A DNA stretch of 64,000 nt. Origin: Octopus sinensis. Taxonomy: Eukaryota. The notes under the pieces were generated by a model, which was not told the DNA's origin, did not search any database, and saw only the letters and a list, made by a program, of their open reading frames with translations. Made by a program: the position numbers and the translations under genes. The number at the start of each line of letters is the position of its first letter. Position 1 is the first letter of the stretch. Below are positions 39,790 through 52,674 of this stretch, piece after piece. The stretch spans positions 94,364,001 through 94,428,000 of the forward strand of contig NC_042997.1 of assembly GCF_006345805.1 (NCBI RefSeq), in the 5' to 3' direction.

Positions 39790-40370
39790 GCAACATCCTC
39801 AAACAACCCTTCTTCAAGGAACTTTTGACCCGAAGAAAATTCTATCTGGGCCCCACCTTATATAAGATATATAAAACATTCCATGAATAAGTATCAAACA
39901 GTACAACAGTTCCAGGCAAAATAGGGACTTTCCAGACAAAGGAGGGACCAAAATCAACTCCATTAGTGGAGAAATATTCCATGGAGATACAGTCTCTCCA
40001 CACCTATTCTGCTTGGCGCTGACACCTTTATCTGACATGATAAACAAAACTGGATGCGGATACAACTGTTACGGCGGAACGATCAAACATCTCTTGTATA
40101 TATTGATGATTTTAAAACTGTATTTTGCAAATGATAAACAACTGAAAACATTACTGCAGACAGTACATGGATTTACCAAAGAAATAAACATGAACTTTGG
40201 CTTATAAAAATGCGCCAAAGCAACCTTGAAAAGAAGAAAACTAGTTAAGAGTAACGAAATCACACTACCTAAAGCAAATGAAATAAGAAAATTAGACCAA
40301 AGGCAGACATACAAATATTTAGGAATCAGTAAACTAAACACGATACAACTCAGACATGAAAGAGAAGTAT
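39790..40370 (+). mobile_element. Decayed R4/Dong-type RT fragment (domains 4-7)
   Basis: GIFHGDTVSPHLFCLALTPLS...KHLLY...MNFGL*KCAKAT...YKYLGI, collinear with the RT at 28728-30203. Confidence 0.85.
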
Positions 40371-41319
40371 CGAAGAAATGCCGCCAAGCATTTTTTCGCT
40401 AATGATTCTGCCAACTCATGGCTTCAAAAACAAAAACAACAATAAAATAATGTATATGACAACAACTAGGCCACAATCATCAGGAATATCCGCGTTGAAG
40501 CCGGCAAAGAAATTAAAGCTAATTGCTTTGATATAGTAATACTAATCGCGTTTGTAGCCTGTCAAAATTAACTAAATTAAAAGAGCAAAAGAAAACATGC
40601 ATACAGAAACACACATACAATATTCATAGGTGTTTACAGTGCAATGTGTTATTGTGATACCATTATTATATTAAGGTAATCCATTGTTTAACTAAAACTA
40701 GTTCCAAAACCATATATCTTCATCTGAACCTGATCGTCCATCATCTTATGAATTTTGGAAAGTTGTTTCTCTTAAGCTTCCAAATGTATAATCGCATCTT
40801 TACTTGATTTCAGCTGGTAAATTTGGCATCGAAAGAATGACATAGGCGGAATAAGACTCAATAAAAATAAATAAATTCCAGATAATGTATTAAATATCCA
40901 TTAAGTGACCATAAAAATACAATTTTAATAAATCTCACCACATAATCTTGTTTTTTTTTTAAATAATAGTTAATGAACGACAATATATAAAATGTGTCGA
41001 AAGGGAGGCAGTCCCGGTTTACTACTATGTCACTCTACTTGTTAAAACGAGGAGAAGAATCTAGACAGAAAAAAAAATCGTACTTAATATGCCTTCTTTA
41101 GATTGAGAATTTGTAAATGGTTCTATGTATACTTTAACCCTATTTACGACACCAAGTCATAACGATAAATTAAAATATAAAACTTCTGCCAAACAGTTAC
41201 ATATAACCGATGTAGTATGTCATGTCTGAGAAAATTTCACTAAAGGAAACAACTAAAATACCATATACAATATATTATACATGTCAGTTTTCTTCACACA
41301 CACACACACACACGCACAT

Positions 41320-41401
<82 letters not shown>

Positions 41402-41618
41402 CACACACACAAACACACGCACATTTAAATTCAACGTAAAGCCATTTTTCAATTCACAGGGTTATTCCTCAATGTAAACAGCTATTCGGTATGGGTCACG
41501 TTACTAACTTGGTTATTTGTATATATAATGTACTGTACATGAAGTTTAAGCTGTTATAGTACGGTATGTACCTGATCTGTTATATTATACAAACAACAAT
41601 AGTGAAGTGCGTAAGTGT

Positions 41619-41692
<74 letters not shown>

Positions 41693-41697
<5 letters not shown>

Positions 41698-41808
41698 CAA
41701 ATAAGAAAATGGAAAAACAAATTTAGTTTGTTCATCAACTTTCGGATATTAATATCCGAAATTTGATGAATAAACTAAATTTGTTTCTCCATTTTCTTAT
41801 TTGTATTA
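41693..41808. repeat. 116-bp spacerless near-perfect palindrome
   Basis: 57-bp arms with 3 mismatches, centre ggatattaatatcc. Confidence 0.95.
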
Positions 41809-42055
41809 AAAATTTACGGTCAAAATATTTCTTTACCTTCACCCGTTTAATAAAATAAATGAGTTAATTGCATTGCAATTAAAAACATTATGTATTAAGA
41901 ATCTGGGTACTGTACCAACAGTATATTGGATAAATGCTATCCCATAGTGGGTTACACCCATAACCCCTATCTTACTTTGTTTTATATATATATATATTTC
42001 TTTACTGCCCAGGCATGACATACTACATCGGTTACATATATATATATATATATAT

Positions 42056-42935
42056 GACAACCCGGTCTCGCTCTACCGGTCAATCATTACAACACCTGTC
42101 TGTGTTCGGATTGTCTTTGTACGGGGCCATCCGGGTTCCCGTCTTCACCGTGAAAAAGAATTAATCTTCTTTGTCATATGGGCTCAACTCTCCTCCCCTG
42201 TTCATCTGACTCCTTTCCTTTCTTCACTTGCCTGACACATACTTCCCCTCTTCGTTTTAATTCACCTTCTCTCTTCATTGATACCTCCTATATCCACCCC
42301 CACACATACCACTTCCACATCCACACCCTACATCCACACTCTAAACCCACACCTCACCCTCGCATCCCCACACCGATACACCACCGCACCACATCACACA
42401 CCACCACCACACCACCATAATTCCTTACATCACCCTACACCACTCCGCCAACATTAGCACTGACTACTTCCAGCACCCACACTGCACACCATCATCTGCA
42501 CAACAACACACCATCATCCCCACATCCGCACACCATCATCCACACATCCACACATTACAGACGCAGACATACACGCATACATCCTCACATCAAAGTCACT
42601 AGCCCCTATCCACGCGCGCACAGTTTCACACTCTCACATATATACTACGCACGCGCACCTTCCTTTTGGTATCACCAGTACTTTATTATTTTTTCTCCCT
42701 AACTCTCCTCTTCAACTGTTTTTTCCAACTAGTCGCCATGATCGGTCGCTAAATCCACAAGTTCTTTTTTTTATTCTCTCTCTGTTTAATTCATCGTGTT
42801 CCTTTCAGTTGAAGAGCGTAGGCTCGAAACGTAAAAGATGTTCTCACTTTCCTGAGCGTTAAACTAATACACCTGCTTGTTGTTTATACACTTTTCTTCG
42901 CCTTTGATTTTTTTGTAAATTTCAGCTATACCAAT
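42056..42935 (+). mobile_element. PLE 3' fragment (GIY-YIG C-terminus, CA-rich UTR, variant hammerhead)
   Basis: GHPGSRLHREKELIF; homologous to 17427-17690. Confidence 0.8.
42802..42837 (+). ncRNA. Hammerhead-topology motif with non-canonical CAGTTGA core
   Basis: cttt-CAGTTGA-a-GAGC/gtag/GCTC-GAA-ACGT-A-aaag; all three stems pair perfectly. Confidence 0.6.
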
Positions 42936-44765
42936 ATATATGAAATATAATTAAGATTCAGCTGATTTAGGTACTTAAATTGAGGCACCGATCTATGTAC
43001 TATTGCTTTCTAAAAACCCTTAACTCCTTTGATCTGCAATCTTTCAATAATTATATATATTTACCCCTTCAGTATTGGAATTCTCAGTTAGTATAACATA
43101 AATTTACAATTGATTACTAAATCTTGCACCTTCTCTATGTATTAGGTATAACCCATAGCATCTGTTATTATTCTACCTAGATCAGTGTATTTGATATATC
43201 TTAGAAATATCTTACAACCCATTTCCATAGGTATCTTTATTTTAAAATTAATATCTGATACATATATTTTTATTTTATAGGGTATTTATAATAATAACAT
43301 ATCTAAGAATTCTTTTCAATATACCAATATAATTTATATCATAATTTAAAAATAACCCTTATTTTATTTTCCTTATTTTTAACTCTGTTATACCTTTTAT
43401 ATCATACTGTAAAGAAATATTTTATAAAATTTTAATGAAAATTTTATATTTTATATTAAATTTATGTATTTGTATATCCTCTTACACATTTGTGTAGCTT
43501 CTATATATTCTAAAGAGTTTATAATATCTCTTCATAAAAATCACTGTATAATACAATATTATATCTTATATTTATAATTACATATTATGTTTTATAAATT
43601 TTTATATCTATATTTGATATTTTTATATATTTGTATACCCTTGTATATACTTTCCTAGTGTTTGAAATTTATAAATATTCTTTTATAAGGTCTTTTTATA
43701 TAATTTACTGGATATGTGAATCCGTATTTTAGTATATTTTTTCATCATGCAATATTCATTAAATGTTTACATGCCCAAATCGGTTTAGGTATTGCTTCCG
43801 AATGAGCTCCCTTATACATCTAGTATACCTATAATTCAATTACTCCTTATATTCGATGCCATATTTTACGTAAAGAAGAGAATAGTTCTTTCTATTTCTT
43901 TAAAATATACTGTACTTCTACCCATATGATAATCTAATTCCGTTATACATTCATTTTAGAATGTCTTTATCATGGCCCTCTAAACAATATTCTTAGAATA
44001 TTCTTATCCTATACATTAAGGCATTCCGCTATTATGTTTTTAGTTTAAATTCTATCCCTTTACTATATATTGATATAAATTTTCTCAATTTAATATTATA
44101 AATCTGCTACGTTATAAATTACTCCCTTCGTATCCTTCAATTCTAATTTCCTCCCCTAATGTTTATATTACTTATCTCTTGGTTTTTCATCATATCCCCT
44201 TTTTATTTGATAATCTAAATAAGTATTGGCCACCCCTATCCTTCTTTCTTCCAGTTACCACCCCTTCCCCATCAGACATTTTCTTACTACCAAACTTGTA
44301 ACCTACCCTTTTATGTAGATAAAACTCGATATATGGTTCCAGTACATTGGGTGTCTAGTAGATTGTCTGACATTAATTGATTTATCACCATTAACTAGGA
44401 AACAGTTTACAACTCCCAATGGATTTAATTCTAAATAGTTGAAGACTACACATTACATAAAGTCTTCTAAATATAAGTAACTACGTCACTACTTATTTTG
44501 ACCACCCCCACTATTCTTCTGCTACTCTCTAAATTATAGTAGGCTTAACAAGTTATGAATTATTTTCTAAACTCTTTCTGCCACTGTTATAAAAAAAAAG
44601 GCAAAAATGTAAATAGAAAAAATGGTTTATCTTTCATGTTTGAAGTTAATGTGTTCATCTGATGAGAATAGTTTCTTTCAAATTGATGTAATGTTTTCAT
44701 TAATCAATTAAATGGAGCCGCTTGAAACGGCTGTAATGAATTGACACCTGTGTATCTTTGTTACT
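42935..44765 (+). mobile_element. Probable heavily decayed PLE with an inverted tail fragment at its 5' side
   Basis: Ends in a hammerhead (44653-44741); 42940-42995 minus resembles the tail downstream of the homologous hammerhead (about 61995-62045); TRKQFTTPNGFNSK* resembles the PLE C-terminus; body not translatable with confidence. Confidence 0.4.
44653..44741 (+). ncRNA. Type I hammerhead with long stem II
   Basis: gttcat/atgaat stem I, CTGATGA 44659-65, GAAAC 44724-28, near-palindromic ACGGCTGT, GTA triplet. Confidence 0.7.
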
Positions 44766-44789
44766 TATATATATATATATATATATATA

Positions 44790-44977
44790 TGTGACGCCTG
44801 TTGTATAAATATCACATTCGTTTTATTGTGCTGAACACATTCTGACAATCGTATTGGCTAACATATGAGAAATGATATTTTAGTTAAATGATTTCCCAGG
44901 AATAACGTAGAACAGATGTCATGATCCCGAATAACACAATCGATTATATAGCTCAAACATACATATATATATATATA

Positions 44978-45017
<40 letters not shown>

Positions 45018-46146
45018 TATATATTGTGTGTGTGTTACATATATGTGTACTTATAAATATGAAGATGCATATATATGTATGTATGTATGTTTTTGTAAGG
45101 TGTTCTACTACTGGGCATGGCTATAAGTTGAGTAAATGAGCCCAATGATTCTTGTGTGTGTCACAATCCATATCCTGTCACCTAATCTGAATACTTGCAA
45201 CAGTGTAGATTTCTCTGAAGGCACTCAAAGGCAGAGTTGGGCTGTTAGACTCTTATAGTATTCAGAAGAAGGTATTAGTTCACCCGAAGGTCTTCAACAA
45301 GTTTTACATCTACTAATTTTCACTCACAATCGACCTCGCAGTGGGTTGGTTGTGAATAGAACGTCATGATTTCTTGGCTAAAACTGTGTCTATGTATTTG
45401 CTATGTGAAGCTGTGCAGTACCGAATAGTACGACAGTATAATAATTAAAGTATCAAAAACTGTCAATAAAACTAGCCAGTGTGTTATGGAGAAAATAGTA
45501 TGTTTCTGTTTTCAGACAAAATTGACCGTTAATTACCTCTCAAAAGTATATCTTAAACTCATATTTGATTGGACTGAAACATTCATAATAAAATAAACGT
45601 GATTCTACTGCATCTAAGAACTTGCTTGTTGGTATATAATATAATCTGAAACATATATATCATGATTGCTTGTTGTCTTGATACCACTCAAGATGTAATT
45701 AATTTTAAGAGATTACAGTTCTAATTGCAGCGACAATTTTGATTCGGTAACGATGCACACACTATTTGCATGTTCATTTCCTTAAGTTCTAGTACAAAAT
45801 CTGTATTTTTCCCAGGGAATTTAATTTACTATTTAAGGAAACTTGGCGATGTTGAAATCAGTATTTATTACGCCAAGAAATAATCTAAAACTACGATTAA
45901 CTTTTCGGTTGACATATGTGGGTTTTGTTTTATATGTATTACGACTCAAACTGAATGCTATAAAGCGATTGTGTGACGCCTGTTGTATAAATATCACATT
46001 CGTTTTATTGTGCTGAACACATTCTGACAATCGTATTGGCTTACATATGAGAAATGATATTTTAGTTAAATGATTTCACAGGAATAACGTAGAACAGATG
46101 TCAGGATCCCGAATAACACATAATCGATTATATAGATCAAACATAC
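44790..46146 (+). repeat. About 173-bp direct repeat pair (44790-44962 and 45972-46146)
   Basis: tgtgacgcctgttgtataaatatcac...caaacatac, few differences; copy 1 embedded in (TA)n. Confidence 0.95.
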
Positions 46147-47179
46147 CCATTTCAGCTGCACTCTTAAGGTTTGCAGATATGTTGTTGAATAATGTCTCAG
46201 TCTCAACAGAAACATTCATTCCTTCGATTCTATTTCTTGTACAGTAAAAACCTATGTCAAGACACTTGCTCTATCACTGTATTTGCAGTGGTAAAATATA
46301 ATTTGATATATGATTTATCTATAACACACATTAATTCATTATCATATTTACTTTCCCCCAAAAATATTTTTCTAACTTCATTAATTTCTACATTAAAAAT
46401 ATCATGTTTCAATTTTATTTAATAACACAAAATATATCATCATTCTTAATATGTATCAAAAAAGCAAATTGATAAGAAAATTAAATATAAATTAGAAAAA
46501 AGTAATACACTTAAGTTATTGAAATAGAAAATTCCATGCCACGACAAAATTATTGATACGATGAGTAACTGCGGAAGAATTAAGATAATTCTTTCTTTGA
46601 ACAAGAGATGTTTGTTTATAAAGTTGTTTAAGCATACATCAGTAACTTATTAAAATACTAACCTTTAGTTTAGGTCAATTATAGCGCTTTTAAACAGTAT
46701 CGCTGAGATTTGCTTCAAAGCATACAGAAATTAAAACTGGTAATGTTATCATGTTTTCGTGGCACTAGACTATCTAAAGCTAATTATTTCTGATTGCATG
46801 TTGTAACTGCATTATTTACCCTGTGGCTATAATTCCTATATAGACGTAACGGTTCTTCAATCCTTAACTCAGTCGCCAGAACTGTGTTTCAATAACATGA
46901 GTTTCTTCAATATGCATCTATTATTTCAATGTAAAACAAATAACACAGACAACAAATTAATATTCATATATACTCGAGGCACGTTAACCGCTATGTGGAA
47001 GGGAAATAACACTCTTTAATTCAAAGAGTGTGAATTTCACATTTAGGAAATATTAACTCTCGATGTTCATAACATTAATAATAAAAAAAATTCACTGGAT
47101 TTCATTAAAAAAGACATGCCTATTGTAAACGAGTTGATGTAGAGTAGAGCACGATAATGTTTAAATCATCAACATAGAT

Positions 47180-47335
47180 GCAGGCGTGACTGTGTGGTAA
47201 GATGATTACGGGTTCAGTCCCGCTGCGTGTAACATTAGACAGGTATCTTCTACTATTGTTGCGGGCTGACTAAATACCTTGTGAGCGGATGTGACAGACG
47301 TAAACGGAAAGAAACCTGTCGTATATGAATATTAT
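47180..47335 (+). mobile_element. SINE family B, 5' part
   Basis: gcaggcgtgactgtgtggtaag...gggttcagtcccgctgcgtg. Confidence 0.8.
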
Positions 47336-47559
47336 GATGTTTATGTTATGCTTTTTATATATATATATATCTATATATATATATATCTATATATATATAT
47401 ATATATATAAATATTAATGCATGTGTGTTTGTTTCCAGACTAACACCTGCGCTTAACTCCATTTATTTATCTATCAATCTTTCTTTCTATCTATCTATCT
47501 ATCTATATCTATCTGTCGACTCGCAACACTGTCTCTCTTCCCCTCTCCTACATTCCTTT

Positions 47560-48135
47560 GCCTTTCTTTGCACTTCACTTTGTCTCTATCCCTTTTTCTC
47601 GCTCTCTCTTTTCCTCCTCCTTAATTCATTGTTCCTCTTTTTCTCTCTCTTCTCCCCCTCCTTGATTCCTCTGTCCCTCTTTTCCTCTCTCTTCTCTTCA
47701 CACGTGACTGACTGACCGACTGCTGGCCTTTTAAGTCTAGCAGCCTTCGTGGTAACACCAACATTTTTTCTCTGCCCCAAGGCAGCTAAGCTTAATTCGT
47801 CCTAGTCGAAGGACACCTGTTCGTGATATCCTGTTGTTGTTATTAATATTATTATTATTATTTTTACGTATTATTTTTGTATTCATATTCGTGTAACATC
47901 GTCCGTTTTTCTATTCTTGTTTTGTATGCATTCGAAGCTTTCTTCCAAGAATCTAATGCGCTTAGCTTAGTTTTTCCTTGGGGCTGGCCAAATTGGAGCA
48001 ATCTCAAGATTAATCAGCCGAAATTGCGAGGATGATCCGGTTCTTGATTGAAGATTGAAGGCTTCGAATGTCCAGTCCGTGTTTTTGTGTCATCATCAAA
48101 TGTTTTGCGTTCTTGCCCCAGTTTGTATTTTTATA
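47560..48135 (+). mobile_element. Family X repeat copy
   Basis: Homologous to 9845-10590. Confidence 0.75.
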
Positions 48136-48181
48136 CATACATACCTACATACATATATATTATATATATAATATATATATA

Positions 48182-48239
<58 letters not shown>

Positions 48240-48545
48240 TACATATGTGGTATGTGTGTGTGTGTGTGTGTGTGTATGTATAAGGAAAAAAGTCAAGGTA
48301 GAAAATGCTAAAATAATCTTATCATAAAAACATTTTAGTACCGGTTTCAGTCATTGAAACTTTTTCAACTCTAAGTATGGAAAACAATTAAATTTTGAAA
48401 AAATTAAATGAAAATTTTCTTAAAATAATATTTGCATAATATTCAAATACAAGGGGCATTTTCCTTGTTTCTGCATGTCTCTGTCTCTCTTGTTTACTCT
48501 TGTGGGTTCGAGGTCGTTGCGAATTCTTGGCAGAGAAGAAGTAGG

Positions 48546-48620
48546 AGAAGAAGAAGAAGAAGAAGAAGAAGAAGAAGAAGAAGAAGAAGAAGAAGAAGAA
48601 GAAGAAGAAGAAGAAGAAGA
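48546..48620. repeat. (GAA)n microsatellite
   Basis: About 25 units. Confidence 0.97.
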
Positions 48621-48699
48621 GAAAGAATAATAAAAGATTGCGGTAGTAGTATGACAGTAGTAGGATGTTAAATGGTCAAGTGTCCTGAAAGTGACTTGG

Positions 48700-49075
48700 T
48701 AGTAGAGATTGAATTCGTGAGATATCTCTTATGAATGTTTTGTTTGCCATTGGTGTTATTCTAAGCACCAGTAGTAATAAAGTAAAGAAGGTGAGATGTG
48801 GCGAAAATTGAAGAAAACGACGAAGAAAGAGAAGAAAGAGAAGGCCAGGAAATATGAGAGAGGGGGAACGAAAGAACGAAGAGCGGAATGAACGAAGTGT
48901 GAAGGTGCTGATAGAAAGAAGGAAATAATGAAAGAATAAGAGTCGTACAAAATTTAGATAAATATATACTTACATATAAGAGACCAAAGTGTACGTACGC
49001 GCGCTATATTTTTATATATAAAAATACAAAAAATGGACAAGAACGCAAAAATCCAGACAGTTAGGATTTATATAG
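48700..49075 (-). mobile_element. Family X tail-to-head junction fragment
   Basis: Minus strand: tail ctgtctggatttttgcgttcttgtcc, then head cgtacgtacactttggtc..gtaagtata..tgtacgactc as at 9850-9905. Confidence 0.65.
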
Positions 49076-49172
49076 GTATATATATATATATAATATATCT
49101 ATATATATAATATATATATATTATATATATATAATAAAATATTAGGCAGTAAATCCAAACTTATCTCTAATT

Positions 49173-49218
<46 letters not shown>

Positions 49219-50673
49219 GTGTGTGGTATTTCTGTGTGTGTGTATAACTGTGTGCGTGTTTGTCTTTGCGTTGGTGTTTGTCATCTACCACCGCTTGATA
49301 ACAAGTGTCGATTTTTTTACGTCCCATTAAATTTAAGTTTCAACATAGAAATTAAAAAAAAACGATAGAATTAGTGCCTAACAAAACAAAACAAACAAGT
49401 ACTAGGGTAGGTTCGTTTGGCTAACGAATTTACCTTAGAAGGTGCCCCAGCATGGCTGCAGTCCAGTGAGGGAAACAAGTAAAATATATCACACTTAATA
49501 ATGAGAAGAAATTAGCATGTCAACGAATAATTCTGGCCAAGAAAAAGTAAGAAAGATGTCAAACTGCATCTAATTAAAAACTGATCTTTATTAGTACAAT
49601 ATGAACTCCGAATATGTTTCGTCTCATTAGATTTCATCAGCTAAGTATAATCTGTCCAGTTCATTGAATTTCTTTCTAAGCTGTACTTGCTCTTGTCGAA
49701 GTGTATTTAAGCTGAATCCGCGATTTAGTTTCATTTCTTGGCTAATGCTATTTCTTTTGATGACAATGGTATCTTTGAGAAAATTTTTTGTGTTACTAGT
49801 TTCATTTCTCCTCTCGTGATATATCGAATATTTTCTTTGCTTCAATAATATTGTATCAGTAATCATTTATGCAAGTAAAAGTTATATAATACATAAATAA
49901 TTTGTTTCGGTTGAAGTGATTAAAATAATTGCAAATGTCCATATAGCAATGAAGTTGTTTTCCATTGCATCGGTTAAAACAAATATGAATATATTTCTGC
50001 TACAGTAACTTATTAGTAATAAAAGAGAAATATGCGATTTTGAAAGCTTATACAAACACGATTGTTTATCATGGGGTGACACTTTTAGATAGAATAAATG
50101 CGAAAACTAAGTAGATATAATCCAGTTTATAGCTAAAGAAAATGTTGGATTAAAGTAATACCAGTATTTATAGAACCCAATGTGCCCTGAAATAGAAACA
50201 ATAAATTCTCTGTACAGCATTAGGAATATTGCTCGTTATATGTTAAGCCTATTATTAATTTTTTTTTAGATGCGTTTGCGTGGGATTATGCACCAAATAA
50301 TAAAAAACAACTGAAGTAAAGTGAAACTGATTTAATAAACAATAAATATTATGTTAAGTGTTATTGTTGTGGCTTGTTTATGTTCAGTCTTTGCGTTGTT
50401 TGATAAAATTTTATAGTTTAGGTGAAGAAGTTAATTTAGTAGAAGGAAATTGATGAAAATACACTTGAAACAGTGCATAAAATAGCTAAGAGAAAATATT
50501 ATACGAAACAAAATACATTTGCCAATAATAATTTTTTTTTATTTATTCTTCAATTACAGAAGAAAATTTCGTATTATGAACTCATTTTGCATTGGTCTCT
50601 TCGTGATATTTTACAACTAGCTATTTTGCTTGCTGCAAATCAGTGACCGATGGTCATTTTGTTTACAGTATAT

Positions 50674-51102
50674 TGTTAGAGTTAGCGAACTCTGGCTATC
50701 GTTCTGGCGTACAGGGGCTCACGAATGAGGATGAGACAAATAGCTCGAAATTGAGTCAGTCTCGCGATCCTGATACCTGCTAGAAGGTGGAAGGGGTTCG
50801 CACCCACCTGCTAACAATATATTGTATATAAAGGGTGCGGAGTCGCACCGATAAACAGCTGGAGGAAAATCTGCCTGGGGTTATACTAGTAGTAACATAC
50901 AGCAGCCACTTTGATGTGGCGACTGGCTTTACTACACACACACACCACATTCACATCCACACATACACACACACATCCACACAATACACACACATACACC
51001 ATGAATAGCGAGGTAAATCTTAATTTATTGTGAAATCCAACCTATTATATATGAAACAATGTTTCATCAAACACGGGACAGTATGTGAAGTCAACTGTAA
51101 CA
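50674..51102 (+). mobile_element. Candidate solo LTR
   Basis: Starts TGTTA, ends TAACA; internal tatataaagg; higher GC than flanks; flanks atat/attt are an imperfect TSD. Confidence 0.45.
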
Positions 51103-51122
51103 ATTTGGATGATGGTTGCTAA

Positions 51123-51185
<63 letters not shown>

Positions 51186-52257
51186 TAATATATATATAGT
51201 ATATTACTTCCTATACTATAGTAAACAAATTTAAAGCATAATCTACTATAGTTTAGTGTACTTTTACTAAACATAAATACAGTAACTCACACTAATTTTA
51301 GATGTAAAGTTTATTTCATAAATCTTTTATCGCAGATACAAGTAAAAATTTATTCACATCCGTATGTTAAATTATGGAGTAACATTTGTATATAGTAAAG
51401 ACTAGAAAACAAAGTGATATAAAATATATATTGTTTTCAATTTTCTTATTATTCCACCTTTAATACAGACCCTTGAATCAAAGAAATTGCTAAGAAATCA
51501 AATTAAATAAATGTTTAGAAAATAAATAAGGAAGTAATTATTTGAATATGCGATCACAGATGTGTATAATCTGCAATGTCTTTGAAATCCATTATATGAG
51601 ATCAGTCTGATTTAATGTTGAAAGAAATGCTTTTCTTCAATGGTATTATAATTCACTCAGATCTGAAATGATCTTGAAGTTAGGTATTAATGAAAAAGTA
51701 ATGCAAAGAAAAAAATAATGCTGCAAATATAAAGAGCAGTGAAAATGTAAACAGCTAGAATCCTATCTTCATATTAATGGCAGTGATCCAATATTTCCTG
51801 GCGTTGAGAATGAAACAAACAATCCTAAGCAATGTAAAATAAGTTATTTATTGCTCAATATCATCCAGTTGTTCTATTTATTGAAAGGCTATTTTTGTAT
51901 CTTTAGATCTCCATATGACTGAAAATGATTTTAACAAAGTGATATTATTGGATAATTCTTGAAGTATTACTGAATATAGAAATTATTTTCATCAAATATA
52001 GATAGCAATAAATTGTCTAGATTTGATCTTTCAATAGATAGATATATATCAAGCAAATCAGCTCTATTTATATTCATAATTTTGTCTACAATAACATTTT
52101 AAAATAAATGTACTGTGCTTTTATTTTAGTTTCTACTACGACAATGATTTCAAGTGTCATATTTGTAGAACTACAGTTAAATATGTAATTGATATTGACC
52201 AGTGCAAGTTAAACCATGTAATGTAAATAATACATTTTTTCTTCATGCTGTAGAGAT

Positions 52258-52660
52258 ACGACCTCAATTTTGCGGGGAAGAGCCTAGCCGATTACATGTA
52301 ACTTATTTTATCAACCCCGAAAGCATGAAGTGCAAAGTCGATCTCAGCGATATTTGAACTCGAAACGTAAATCCAAAACAACTGGCACAAAGCATTTTGT
52401 CAGGCGTGCTAACGATTCTATGTGCTCGCTGTCTAAATAAATAAGAATGGCATCAAATTTTGGCACAAGGCTAGCAATTCCGTGGGACGGGGTAAGTCGA
52501 TCACATCAAACCCAGTGTTGAATTGTTATTTCTCCATCGACCCCAAAAGCATAAAAGGCAAAGTCGGCACCGATTTTCCCCCGTAGGTAAAGACGAAAGA
52601 AATGCGGCAAAACATTTTGTTCGGTGCAAAATCTCGCAGTCGTATGTAATGTAAATAACA
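52258..52660 (-). mobile_element. Two SINE family A units, minus strand
   Basis: tttgaactc, aaagtcga, ggggtaagtcgat motifs repeated twice. Confidence 0.85.
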
Positions 52661-52674
52661 TTAAAAACTAATAC

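Noticed and set aside
44790-46146. Full LTR retrotransposon
   Set aside because: No PBS, PPT, TSD or coding interior; retained only as a local duplication
48432-48671. Poly-Arg, protamine-like ORF
   Set aside because: Product of the (GAA)n microsatellite
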